Of a stretch of 64,000 nt of DNA, positions 32,972 through 43,455 are shown in pieces. How positions within the stretch are numbered: the stretch's first letter is position 1; the number at the start of each line of letters is the position of its first letter. The notes beneath the pieces were generated by a model, which did no database searches, was not told where the DNA came from, and saw only the letters and a program-made list of their open reading frames with translations. The position numbers and the translations under genes are program-made. Location of the stretch: the NCBI GenBank assembly GCA_965240325.2, contig OZ251227.1, positions 2,418,001 to 2,482,000 on the forward strand, written 5' to 3'. The DNA comes from Rebecca billardiae RCC1528. Its lineage: Eukaryota; Protista; Haptophyta.

Positions 32972-34561
32972 ATGCGTAGGCCTCCCCATCGGTGGGTGCT
33001 ATCGGTCGGGCTGCCCGGTGCGCTGGTCTTGTTCCTCCTCTGGCGCGGTGTGCACGATCTCCGCGCGGTCCGGCTGTCAACGGAGGCAGAGTCGCGCTCG
33101 ACTACCAGCACTCGCGCGGGGAGCTTCAGCACCGGCACTCCTCCGGCGGCCGGAACCGAGCACGCTCGCCGCGCGCCTCTCGCGACGCCAGCCACCGCAC
33201 AGATGCTGCATTGGCTGACGTGCTTCGCAGACGAGATCGGCCCGCACATCCGCATTGGCATCGCGCAGGACATGGCGCACGGCGCGCGCCTCGCCTGGTC
33301 GACGCAACGCACCGCCGGGCTCGCCAGCATAGTCGTCGCAGCATCCGTCCGGTCGCTCGACCCAGCCGGCGCGATCAACGCACACGCGCTCCGGCTGGCT
33401 CTGGCAGGCGGGCGCGCGTTTCACGTCGACGCGGACAGCTGGGTGCGTCAATACAGCAGGCCGCGGGAGGGCTACCAGTCGCCGCTGGTGTCCACGGCCA
33501 CGCTGAGCACGCTGCAGCCGGACACGGAGTACGTGTACGCCGTCGTCAGCGCCGCGCCGAGGGGCGACGGCTGGTGCTGGTCGCCCGTACGCTCCTTCCG
33601 GACGGCGCCGAGCGCGCACGCTCCTCGGCCACTCACTCTCGCCCTCGTCGCCGACATGGGCGTGACGAAGGCTGCGCAGCGCGTCGTCCGGCAGCTTCGC
33701 GCGGGCGTCATGCGCGCGCACGCGCCGATCGAGCTGGTCGTGCACGCGGGCGACGTCGCGTACGCGCACTACTGGGACGGGCAGATGCCGCTGCACGAGC
33801 ACCTGCACGGCAAGGAGAGCGCGTGGGACGCGTGGGAGCTGCTAGTGCACCCGCTCGCCTCGCGCGTGCCGTACGCTGTCGCCGCGGGCGGCCATGACGT
33901 GCTCAGGGTGGACTCGTTCGCCTCTCGCTTTGCGTGGCCCTCCGCCCCGCAGGGCCGGGCGCGGCTGTGGTACTCGTTCGACTACGGCCCGTTCCACGTC
34001 GCGTGCATCTTCTCGGAGGACCCGGCGCGCCTCGCGCCGGACTCCGAGCAGGCGCGGTGGCTGAGGGAGGACCTGAGCGCACACGGCTGGGGCACGCCAG
34101 GGCGGGAGGCGCGGCCCTGGCTGGTGGTCGTCGGGCACACGCCGCTGTACACGGGGTGCAACGACAACGCGACCGCGTTGCGCGACAACCTCGAGCCGCT
34201 GCTGCTGAGGCACCGCGTCGATTTCATGGTCGGCGGCCACCAGCACGTGCATGAGCGCACGTACCCAGTCAGCTTCGGCCAAGTCGCACGGCGCGACTAT
34301 GCGCGGCCGCACGGCACCGTCCACCTCAACTGTGGGACCGGCGGCGGCAAGCTGTACAGCGCGCAACCGAGATGCTCGGCCGAGCGGCGCGGGGGCGTGC
34401 CAGCTATCGCCTACAGCGAAGGCCAGTGGGGCCACTGCGAGCTGAGCGCCCTCAATCAGACACACGCTCGATTTCGCTTCGTCGACGATGGGGGCTCTAC
34501 GTCAGCCCAGCGCGAGTTCATGCTGGAGCGTGACGACAGGCTGCTACGAGCCGCCGAATGA
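32972..34561 (+). CDS. Purple acid phosphatase-family metallophosphoesterase
   Basis: Signal anchor, FN3-like LQPDTEYVY, then motifs DMG, GDVAY, GGHD (normally GNHD/E), VVGH, GHQHVHER. Confidence 0.85.
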   Translation: MRRPPHRWVLSVGLPGALVLFLLWRGVHDLRAVRLSTEAESRSTTSTRAGSFSTGTPPAAGTEHARRAPLATPATAQMLHWLTCFADEIGPHIRIGIAQDMAHGARLAWSTQRTAGLASIVVAASVRSLDPAGAINAHALRLALAGGRAFHVDADSWVRQYSRPREGYQSPLVSTATLSTLQPDTEYVYAVVSAAPRGDGWCWSPVRSFRTAPSAHAPRPLTLALVADMGVTKAAQRVVRQLRAGVMRAHAPIELVVHAGDVAYAHYWDGQMPLHEHLHGKESAWDAWELLVHPLASRVPYAVAAGGHDVLRVDSFASRFAWPSAPQGRARLWYSFDYGPFHVACIFSEDPARLAPDSEQARWLREDLSAHGWGTPGREARPWLVVVGHTPLYTGCNDNATALRDNLEPLLLRHRVDFMVGGHQHVHERTYPVSFGQVARRDYARPHGTVHLNCGTGGGKLYSAQPRCSAERRGGVPAIAYSEGQWGHCELSALNQTHARFRFVDDGGSTSAQREFMLERDDRLLRAAE

Positions 34562-34791
34562 CCTCCCCGGTCCGGCCTTGGAGGTGATGACAGCCGCCAT
34601 CACTCATCAGTCAGGGTACCGCCGTACCGCCCTTCCTAGTTCCTGATGTGCATACGGCGGCGCTTGCTTCGGCTGGTGCCTGGTTGCCACTGCCGACCGA
34701 CGACGAAATACGACCGCGGAGAATTGGGCGACGAAAATTGCTGCGCTGTGTCGCTGTTGAAATTCTCGCCAAGCCGGCAAGCGCCATAAGC

Positions 34792-36624
34792 ATGGCCGTG
34801 GCGACCAGCAGTGGCCGCGAGCTCGCGGCGAGCATACAGGATCGCTTCGCGCAGGGGCCGGGCGGCTTTCCCGAGGCGAAGCGGCGGGCCCAAGAGCTCT
34901 TTCGGTCTCAACCGGCGCGCGCACGAGCCCTCGCGCTCGAAGCTGTCGACGCCCTCGTCAACGACCGCGCAGACGACAAGCCTGCCCGAAGGCATGACGC
35001 CATCTGCGCTATGCTGCTCGACGTGGCCTGCCAGGAGAGCGCGCCTCCGGCCGAGCCGGCGGAGGCGCTTCGGGCCGAAGCCGCCGCCCTGGGACGAGCG
35101 CACCCGACCCTTCTGCGCAAGCTCGCGGCCACTGCCAACATCAGCCTCGACACCGCGCTGATGCGCACGGTCGCTCTTGAGGCCGCGCACGAGATCCTGC
35201 GGGCGGGCGAGCTTCCCGCGAAGGAGGCGGCCATGCTGTTCGTCGACGCGCGCGCAAGCGCCTCCGAGATCGGCGAGCGCGTGTGGGGGCTGATCGACGC
35301 GCTCGTCGAGAAGCAGCAGTGGCCAGCGGCCACCGCGCTCGCGTCGCGCGACGGCGCCTGGGGCCGGCACGCCGTGGCGTGCTGCATGGCGCGCAGGGAG
35401 CACAAGCGAGCCATTCACTTCGTGGAGGCGCTCGATCTGCGCCCCCGCTCCGAGTTCGAGGAGCCGTACGTGGCGCTTGAGATCGGGCGCGTGCACTGGC
35501 TGCTCAAGAGCGGCCACGAGGAGCTCGTGCTGAGCGTGCTGCGCGACGCCGCGCGAGCCCTTGCCAGCGCGAGGCAAGCCTCGCCCTTGACGGGCACCGC
35601 GGCTGAGGGGTCGGCCCCCGCAGCCGACGCGTGGGTGCTCAGCGTGGAAGGCACCGTCGCGTTCGTCCGCCGCGTTCTTGGCATGGTGCTCGCCCACGCA
35701 AGCAGCGGGACGCGTCCGCACGAAGCCCCACAGCCTGCGCGCGAGTGCGAGGTGGCCCTGGCCGAGTCGCGCGCGCCAGTGGCGCAGGCACTTCTCCCGC
35801 CGCTGCTGCCGGCTGAGGCGTGCGGCTGGTGGTCGAGGGAGCTGGCTCCGATTCTCGCGCTGCCCGATCCCTTCGGCGCGAGCCACGACGACCCCGCCGA
35901 CGAGCGAGCCCTCGCGCTCCCGCTCGGTGACGAAGGCATCGCCGTCGTCGACGATGCGCACGGCGTGGACGAGCTGGCGCGCCGGCTGGCCGGCGCCACC
36001 GAAATCGGCCTCGACGTCGAGTGGCGGCCACAGAGCTTCCTCGCGCCGTCGCGCTGTGCGCTGCTGCAGCTCGCGCTGTGGGACCGCGTGTACCTCGTCG
36101 ACCTGCTCGCGCTCGTCGACGCCGGCGACGCGGCGACCACCGCCGCCCTCGACCAGGCGCTCTCGCGCTGCTTCCACGACGAGCGCACGCGCAAGCTCTG
36201 CTTTGGGCACGAGGACCTCCGCTCTCTGCACGCGTCGTACCCGCGGCTCCTCGCGTTCGCACCCGCGCGCGCTCGCGGGTGGGTGTGCGTGCAGAAGGCG
36301 TTCGGCGCGGCGTCGGCGTCCGGGGCGCTCTGCGCCGAGGACGGCTCGCCAATCGATGCGGCGAAGGCGAGGGCCAAGGGCCGGCAGCCCGGCCTCTCGA
36401 CCGCGTGCGAGCTGGTGCTCGGGAAGCCGCTCGACAAGTCGGCGCAGATGAGCGACTGGGAGCGGCGGCCACTGACACAGCAGCAGATGCGGTACGCTGC
36501 GAGTGACGCGCACGTGCTTCTGCGCCTGGACGCGGCGATCACGAGATCCGTCAGCGCACGGCCAGCAGAGTCGCTGCATTCGCCTGACACTGATGATGCA
36601 GCCCGCCTCGTCTCCTCGTCGTGA
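34792..36624 (+). CDS. DEDDy 3'-5' exonuclease, EXD3/Mut-7-like
   Basis: IGLDVEWRP (ExoI), ALLQLA, FGHEDL (ExoII), GLSTACELVLGKPLDKSAQMSDWERRPLTQQQMRYAASDA (ExoIII). Confidence 0.85.
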   Translation: MAVATSSGRELAASIQDRFAQGPGGFPEAKRRAQELFRSQPARARALALEAVDALVNDRADDKPARRHDAICAMLLDVACQESAPPAEPAEALRAEAAALGRAHPTLLRKLAATANISLDTALMRTVALEAAHEILRAGELPAKEAAMLFVDARASASEIGERVWGLIDALVEKQQWPAATALASRDGAWGRHAVACCMARREHKRAIHFVEALDLRPRSEFEEPYVALEIGRVHWLLKSGHEELVLSVLRDAARALASARQASPLTGTAAEGSAPAADAWVLSVEGTVAFVRRVLGMVLAHASSGTRPHEAPQPARECEVALAESRAPVAQALLPPLLPAEACGWWSRELAPILALPDPFGASHDDPADERALALPLGDEGIAVVDDAHGVDELARRLAGATEIGLDVEWRPQSFLAPSRCALLQLALWDRVYLVDLLALVDAGDAATTAALDQALSRCFHDERTRKLCFGHEDLRSLHASYPRLLAFAPARARGWVCVQKAFGAASASGALCAEDGSPIDAAKARAKGRQPGLSTACELVLGKPLDKSAQMSDWERRPLTQQQMRYAASDAHVLLRLDAAITRSVSARPAESLHSPDTDDAARLVSSS

Positions 36625-36895
36625 TGCTGCATGCGATATGAATTATGATGAATATGATGATGCTGCATTATTGCATGCTGCCCGCGGCTGCTGCACGGCA
36701 GCCCCAGCTGCCAGCACCGCGCGCTGTTTGCGCTCACTCTCCGCCTTCGATCCGTGCCGCGTGGCGCGTCGATGAACTGAAACGACGATACACGATGCTG
36801 CGCTGACGATGACGACGATGCTGATGCGATGCATGACTACATCAGACGACAAAGGCCATTGGTCGCGCAGCATCAGCCGGCCTGGCCTACGGCTG

Positions 36896-38968
36896 CTAGC
36901 CATCATCGTCGTCGTCCGAAGTTGGCGCCGTAGTCCAGTGAGACTCGGTCTGCCAGCGCGTGCGCGACGATAGTGCAGACGTGATGGACACTGCGTCCGA
37001 CGGCGCGCCCATGGAAGCCAGGCGTCCCCGAGCCGGCGGCGCTGAGGGCGCACGCTGCGGCGCCCGGAACGATGCCCGCCGCGCCTCGGCGGCTCTGATG
37101 ATCCGCTTGCTCGCCGCAGCGGTGGCGAGCATGGGGTCGCGCGCAAGCGACGCGCCGGCGCCCCGGCTCCCGGGCGCGGCCTGCGAGCCCAGGCTTGACG
37201 TCGCATCGGGCACAGAAGCGCGGCGCGCGCACGTGTGCCACGGCGGGGCGCTCGGGCGCGTGGGCCTCGGGGCGGCCGCGCCGCTCAGCGGCCGCGCCGC
37301 GGCCAGGCTGCCCCCATCGTGCTGGCTCGGCGCGCCGGCCCCGCCAGCGGCCAGAGCGGCAGCAGCGCACGAAAAGGGCGGCAGGCGGCGGCCGCTGCCA
37401 GCCGCGGCCGCGCGGTCGTGCCCCGGCTGCGCGGGCGGGGCGAGGGCGCGATCGACTCGGGCCGGATCGTCCGTCGCGTACCGAACAAGCGCCAGCCCCA
37501 CCTTGCGGCCGAGCTCGATGTACCCCGCCTGCGTGTACGCCGAGATCTGGCCGGCGTCGTCGCGCGCGCAGAAGAAGGAGACTTCGAGCGCGTAGCACGG
37601 CGCGCCGCCCAGCAGGTCGCTCATCACGCGCCGGCCAGTGCCCGCCTTGGCCGGGTCTGCGCAGAACTTGGAGTGCGCGAAGCTGAAGTCGTGCGCGACC
37701 TCGCCCAGCGCGCGCGGGAAGACCGACTCGCGCTCGAACTGCGCGGGCTCGTCGCTCGAGTTGCAGAAGAGAAAGCCGTTGGTCGCGGTCGAGTGCGCGT
37801 GCAGATCGAGAGCGAGCGCGGGCGCCCAGCGCTCGTTCGAAGCGTACCGCGCCATGAGCCGGCGCACCGCGGCGATGGTGGGCGCGGACCAGGTGCTCGG
37901 GCGCTGCCAGTGCCGGTTCAGGTCGAAGCCCACCGACGAGCACCTGTAGTTCCCGAGGAACACGCCGTCGGGGTTCAGCATCGGCACGACCTTCAGCAGG
38001 CAGCGCGCGCGCAGCGCGGCCGCCGCCGCGTCTTCGGAGAGAAGGAACGCGAGGAGCCCGTGCATCATGAAGGAGGCGGGCGTCTCGCCCGGGTGCACGC
38101 GCGCCGTGAGGAAGATGACGGGCGTCGGGGCGTCGCCTTCGCGCGCCGGCGCACCCGACGCGGCCACGATGTCCTTCGCGAGCAGCTGCGGGCTGCCGAT
38201 TGTGATCAGATCCAGCCTGCGGCGCCAGTTGGGCCGCGAGCGGCGCCGCCGCGGGGCGCGCGCGCGTGTGAGCGTGAGCCGGCGCGCGTGCGCGCGGCGG
38301 TGGCAGGGGCGACGGCGTGGGGTGCGCGCTCGGTGGCACCACGCGCGCACCTCCTGTGCTGAACCGTGCGGCAGAGGCACTCCCGCCGGTAGTGCGGCAG
38401 CCCGCGGCCGTCGAGCACGTGCAGCAGCCGCTGCAGGTCGGTGTACGTGTACGGGTAGCAGTACGCAAAGTAGAAGGTCTCGGCGCGGTCGAAGGCGAAG
38501 GCGAACGTGAGGACGTACTCGTTGTTGTGCCTGGCCGAGCGGTAGTAGAACACGTGCCGGTCTGCGAGCCGCTCCCACCGCGGGCGGCTGCTCGAGCAGA
38601 CCGTCGGCGTCATGCCTTCCCTGTACAGCGACTTGGTCTTGGAGTAGTTCGTGATGTGGAAGAGGCACTTCTGGCCGGCGTGCATGTTCGAGACCGCAAA
38701 GTAGAACCACACGCGGTAACGCGGGTTGAGCGTGTCGCCGCGTATGTGAATGTCCCAGTCCACCTGACTGACGCGCATCACCTGTTCGACCCCAACGCGA
38801 GTGCACGGAGCGCGCGGGCAGGGATGCATGGGCATGAGTGGCCATCACGCAGGGGCGCGATCAGGCGTAACCAGGGGCGCCAAGCTGCACCTCGCCAATG
38901 TTGCCCGACTCGAATGTGGCGTCAAACTCCAGCTGGCCCGGTGGGCGGCGCATATCGCGCGGCTCCAT
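36896..38968 (-). CDS. Cytosolic carboxypeptidase (M14D, CCP6/AGBL4-like tubulin deglutamylase). Exons: 38968-38891, 38781-38351, 38216-36896
   Basis: FESGN, WFYF, YPYTY, ARVHPGE, PMLNPDGV, NYR, DLNRHW, DLHAH. Both GT-AG introns preserve the frame. Confidence 0.88.
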
Positions 38969-39156
38969 CGCTCAGGCGGGGTCGATCTGAGATCGCCGGC
39001 CGGCAATTCGGCAAAGGGCTGGAAACTAATGAGAATCTCATGGTGAACAAGCATGGCTGACCAACCTTGGGCTGACGACTCCCTGAGGCCTGACTCCCAA
39101 GCTTGCTGGGGCTCTTGTGCGCCGCCCGATCGTTGCGCTCGCACAACTGAGCATGC

Positions 39157-41676
39157 TCAGGAGCATTCGGGCAGCAGGCTGCCGAGCAGGGCGCCAACGC
39201 TGCCGGGCTGCGCGAGGTCAGCTTTGAGTAGCGCGCGTACGATCCTGTCGTGGCGCTCCGCCTCGTCCTGCGCGCTCGTTGCCGCGGCCGCCGCGATTGG
39301 CTGCTGCGACGCGATGCTCTGCCCGATCTCCGCGGCGCGCGCGAGGATCTGCTCGGGCACGCCGACGGCGCGCCCTACGTGCGCGGCAAAGCTCGACGTG
39401 CTCTGCCCGTCGATCATCTTGTACAGCAGGTGGACCGACTCTTCGGCCGCTCCGTCGACGCGCTCGACCATCGCCTGCATCGTCTTGGTCTGCAGCGGCA
39501 CACCGCGCATCGACGGCAGGTGCAGAAGCTCGGTGAAGTGCGTCGCGACGAGCAGCTTTGGGCGCCGCTCGCGCCGCGCGTCGAGCTCGAGCAGGAAGCT
39601 CGCGAGGAACGAGAGGCCGTCCGCAAAGTGCGTGCCCTTGCCAAACTCGTCGAGGATGAGCAGACTGCGCTCCGTGCTCGCGGAGAGCATGAGCGAGGCC
39701 TGGTGCAGGTCGAGCATGAAGGTGGACTTGGCGAGCGCGGCGCTCTCGCGCGTGAAGATGCGGCAGAGGATGCGGTCGACGACGCCGATCGTGGCGGACT
39801 GCGCGGGCACAAAGCTGCCGACCTGCGCGAGGAACGCGACGATGGCGACCTGCTTGAGCAGCACCGACTTGCCCGAGCCGTTCGGCCCGGTGAGCACGAG
39901 CGTGGACGGCGCGCCGGGCGCTCCGAGCGAGCAGTCGTTCGGGATGAAGTGCTCCACGTTCGGTCGGACCAGCGGATGCCACGCGCCGCGGAGCTCGAGC
40001 TCGCAGCCGCGAGTGAGCGTCGGTCGGCAGAGGCACAGGTCGTTCGCCGCGTGCGCGAGCGCGCAGAGCGCGTCGAGCTCGGCGAGCACCTCGAGCGACC
40101 AGAGCAGCTTCTCCGCCTTGTCCACGACCCGCTCCTCCAGCTCGCGCACGTAGGCGAGGTCATGGTCGATGATCTGGCTGAGGACATCGCCGACATGCAT
40201 GTCGAGATGTTTCATGGTACCGGACTTGCAATAGACACGGCCGTCGCCCGCCTGGAAGCCGTCCACACCCTGGGAAATGTCCGGCCGGCGCTCCTCCGGC
40301 AGCCGCTCGATCGCCTCAAGCAGCGCCGCGGGCGCCCGCATGAAGAACCCGAACTGCGGCACGTACACAGCCTTCAACTCAGCGAGCAGCTCGTCCGCGA
40401 GCCCGCCGAGCACACCGGACGCGGAGGCGTGCTCGAGTTCCGTACACTCGTGCAGCGTCGCGTCGAGGTCCCTGTACATCTGCATGAGCTGGTCGCGATC
40501 CTTATTGATGCCCTCGCTGATCACCACGCGCGAGGGCTCCGCCTTGCACGCCTCGAAGTTGACGCCCGACGCAATCAGCGAGCGCAGGCGCTCGAGCGAC
40601 GCAGCGACGTCGCTCGCCTCGAGAATCACGCGCAGCGCGCGCACCGCATGCGCTTCGCCCGCGGCCGGCGGATTGAGGCTTCTGAGGAGCTCGTGCACGC
40701 GGCGGAACGCCTGGCAGTGGTCCACGACCTCACGCAGGTCGCCCGCGCGCGCGCCGGCGGCGACGCGCTGCAGCGTGCGCCCCATGGCCTTCACACCGCC
40801 GAGTGCCTGACGCATGTGCTCGAGCAGCTCGCCGTTGCCCGCGGCCGTGAAGAAGGCCACCGCGTCGTGGCGCTCGGCGAGGATGACCTCGTCGTACGTC
40901 GGCGAGAAGAACCACGAGCGCAGCAGCACGTCGCCTGCCTTCGAGCGCGTGCGGTTCATCAGCGCGAAGAGCGACATGCCCTCCTTGGCGCGCCCGCCGT
41001 ACGCGCTCGGGTGCGAATGGCGCTCAAAGATCCCCAGCGACGTGAACGCGCCCGGGTCGAGCATCACGTTGCACCCGACGCTGCCTGGGACGATGCGGAC
41101 GATCGGCGGCGTGCCCTCACGCGCGAGGGACGCGAGAAGGCCGCCGACGGCGCGCAGCATCTCGCCGTCCTCGCGCAGCTTGGTGTAGTGGAACGCGCCC
41201 AGCTCGTCGTCCGGCAGCGAGTCCGGGCAGTCGGACGTGCGGAGGAAGCTGAGCGCGCGGCGCGAGGCGGCCACGGAGCACTCGGCCGGCTTGACGAGCT
41301 GCACGAGGTAGTGCCCGTCTGCGCCAGTGGCCACGTCGGTCGAGAGCATCTCGAGGAACGCCTCGTCCGAGGACGAGGGCGCGACCAGCACGGACGGGTC
41401 GAGCTCGCGCTTGAGCGCCTGGAGCTGCTCAAAGTGCGGCGCGCGCTCGGCAGCCTCGAGGCAGTGGATCTCACCGCCTTGCAGCCACGCGGCGCCGAGC
41501 CGAGAGCTCCGCGCTGTCTTGTGCCACACGACGCATAGCGGCGTCTCGGTGCGCTCTGGCTCGTCGTCGCCGTGGATGTTCGACGGAGCCGCTTCGGGCG
41601 CGAGGCCATCCTCGGCGCGGGGCGCGCTCGGGCCTGGCGCGTCCTCGACGTCCTCAACGTCCATCGGGGAGCTCAT
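39157..41676 (-). CDS. MSH5: MutS homolog 5 (meiotic MutS-gamma subunit)
   Basis: HPS...KEGMSLFALMN, Walker A TGPNGSGKSVLLKQVA, STFMLDLHQ, LILDEFGKGT, ATHF. It lacks the N-terminal mismatch-binding domain, as MSH4/5 do. Confidence 0.88.
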   Translation of the reverse strand: MSSPMDVEDVEDAPGPSAPRAEDGLAPEAAPSNIHGDDEPERTETPLCVVWHKTARSSRLGAAWLQGGEIHCLEAAERAPHFEQLQALKRELDPSVLVAPSSSDEAFLEMLSTDVATGADGHYLVQLVKPAECSVAASRRALSFLRTSDCPDSLPDDELGAFHYTKLREDGEMLRAVGGLLASLAREGTPPIVRIVPGSVGCNVMLDPGAFTSLGIFERHSHPSAYGGRAKEGMSLFALMNRTRSKAGDVLLRSWFFSPTYDEVILAERHDAVAFFTAAGNGELLEHMRQALGGVKAMGRTLQRVAAGARAGDLREVVDHCQAFRRVHELLRSLNPPAAGEAHAVRALRVILEASDVAASLERLRSLIASGVNFEACKAEPSRVVISEGINKDRDQLMQMYRDLDATLHECTELEHASASGVLGGLADELLAELKAVYVPQFGFFMRAPAALLEAIERLPEERRPDISQGVDGFQAGDGRVYCKSGTMKHLDMHVGDVLSQIIDHDLAYVRELEERVVDKAEKLLWSLEVLAELDALCALAHAANDLCLCRPTLTRGCELELRGAWHPLVRPNVEHFIPNDCSLGAPGAPSTLVLTGPNGSGKSVLLKQVAIVAFLAQVGSFVPAQSATIGVVDRILCRIFTRESAALAKSTFMLDLHQASLMLSASTERSLLILDEFGKGTHFADGLSFLASFLLELDARRERRPKLLVATHFTELLHLPSMRGVPLQTKTMQAMVERVDGAAEESVHLLYKMIDGQSTSSFAAHVGRAVGVPEQILARAAEIGQSIASQQPIAAAAATSAQDEAERHDRIVRALLKADLAQPGSVGALLGSLLPECS

Positions 41677-41995
41677 CTCGAAGCCGGCGCCTTGACGCTT
41701 GCCCGCTGGGTGGAAGGATCCGCCGGTCGGCGTGGGCAGGCAGCGCGTCCGCCGCCCAGTCAAGTCGCGCTGCGCCAAACGACTGTTGGCTGGGTCGGAC
41801 TCCGGATGTTCTGAATGTCCGGGTGCTCAGCCGCTACTGTAAACTGTACCGTCTCGCGAGCATCTCGATCGCAGATCTCGCGGCACCCGGGTCCCGGCGG
41901 CGGCGGCAGCCGCGCGAAGGAATCGGCGTCCCGTCTGACGAGAGCCCCGTCTACTCCGGGGTGGTGGCCGTGTTGCACGAGCGCTCGTGATTGAG

Positions 41996-43157
41996 ATGGC
42001 GACAGTCCTAGAGACCGAGGGAAGCACACCAGGGGGACGTGTGCGCCTTGAGCACCCCAGTGGCGCATGCGTGGAGCTGGCGCGCTTCGGTGCGCACATC
42101 CTGAGCTGGCAGACGCCTGCTGCCACGCCTGGCGCACCAGCTGTGGAGCGGCTGTGGATGTCGAAGCTCTCCGCGATGGACGGCTCGGCACCGATCCGAG
42201 GCGGCATTCCGATCGCTTGGCCGCAGTTCGCTGACGTGGGCTCGATGCCGCTCCACGGCTTTGCGCGAGAGCGCGTCTGGTCGGTGGGGGCGGCCAAGGC
42301 CGCCGCAGATGCATCTGACGAGGCGACGCTCGAGATGCGCTTGGCAGCCGACGAGGCGACAACGAATGGCACGTGGCGCAATCCCGCGGTGGCCGCGTTT
42401 CCCCACACGTTCGAGCTCACGTACGTGCTCTGCACACGCGCAGTCGCATTTGCGTTCGCCCGCCCACGCGCGCGCGGCACACGCCATTGCATGTCTCAGT
42501 GTCTCACCCCTCCACACGCATACCGCGTGCACGTGGTCCGCGTGCAGGCTCAAGATCGGCCTCACCGCATCTGCCCTGACCCTGCAGCTGAGCGCGAAGC
42601 ACCTGGGACCGACCGAGACCGCGGGCGACCAACCGCTGGCCTTCACGGGCTGCCTGCACACCTACTTCCGCACAGCCGACTCCACGCAGGTGCGCGTCGG
42701 CGGCGAGGGCGCGGGCTCGCTGCGCGGTCATCAATTCGTCGACAAGGTGGATGGCTTCAAGACCAAGCAGCACGGCGATGAGGACGGCGGAGACGCCCTC
42801 GTCGTCGAGAAGGCGTCGCTCGCGTCCAGCGGGTACGTGGACCGCGTGTACACGCCGCCAGCCATCCCGGCCACCGAGACTCGCACGATCCCGCTCGCCG
42901 TGGGGACTGGGCTGGATGCGTCGAAGCCAGAGCAGGCGCACGCGTACACGCTCGAGCTGAGTGGCTCGTGGCCAGACGTGGTCATCTTCAACCCCTGGCT
43001 CGAGGGCAAGAAGGGCGACAAGGGGCCCGACTTTGACGACGACGGGTACAAGTACATGATCTGCGTGGAGCCAACCATCGCGAGCGCCCCCATCTGCCTC
43101 GCGACGGGAGCGGATTGGGTGGGCACGTGTCGCATCGTGATCGACGGCACCGACTAA
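41996..43157 (+). CDS. Glucose/hexose-6-phosphate 1-epimerase (aldose 1-epimerase family). Exons: 41996-42420, 42548-43157
   Basis: GAHILSW, PIRGGIPIAWPQF, HGFAR, FTGCLHTYF, VDRVY, VIFNPW, MICVEP. The GT-AG intron preserves the frame. Confidence 0.9.
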
Positions 43158-43455
43158 TGGCCAGCGCTACATCGGCTCGCGCCATCGCATGTATTCGTCG
43201 TTTAGTAGTATCGTGTCGTTACCAGTCTCATCATGCATCAGGCTGACGACTCACCAGTCACCAGGATTGTCATCATGCTTAAGACTTAACTACTACATTC
43301 GTTCGCTTAGCTGTTAAGTAGTGCAACCGTCCGGACCCGAACGGGACGAAACCTGAATGAAGATCCGGTAGATCCTCGATCGAATGCGCACGATGGGGTC
43401 CTCCACGACGGGCTCGTCGTGGCGATTTGAGATGATGTGATTGCGGGATTGCGAG

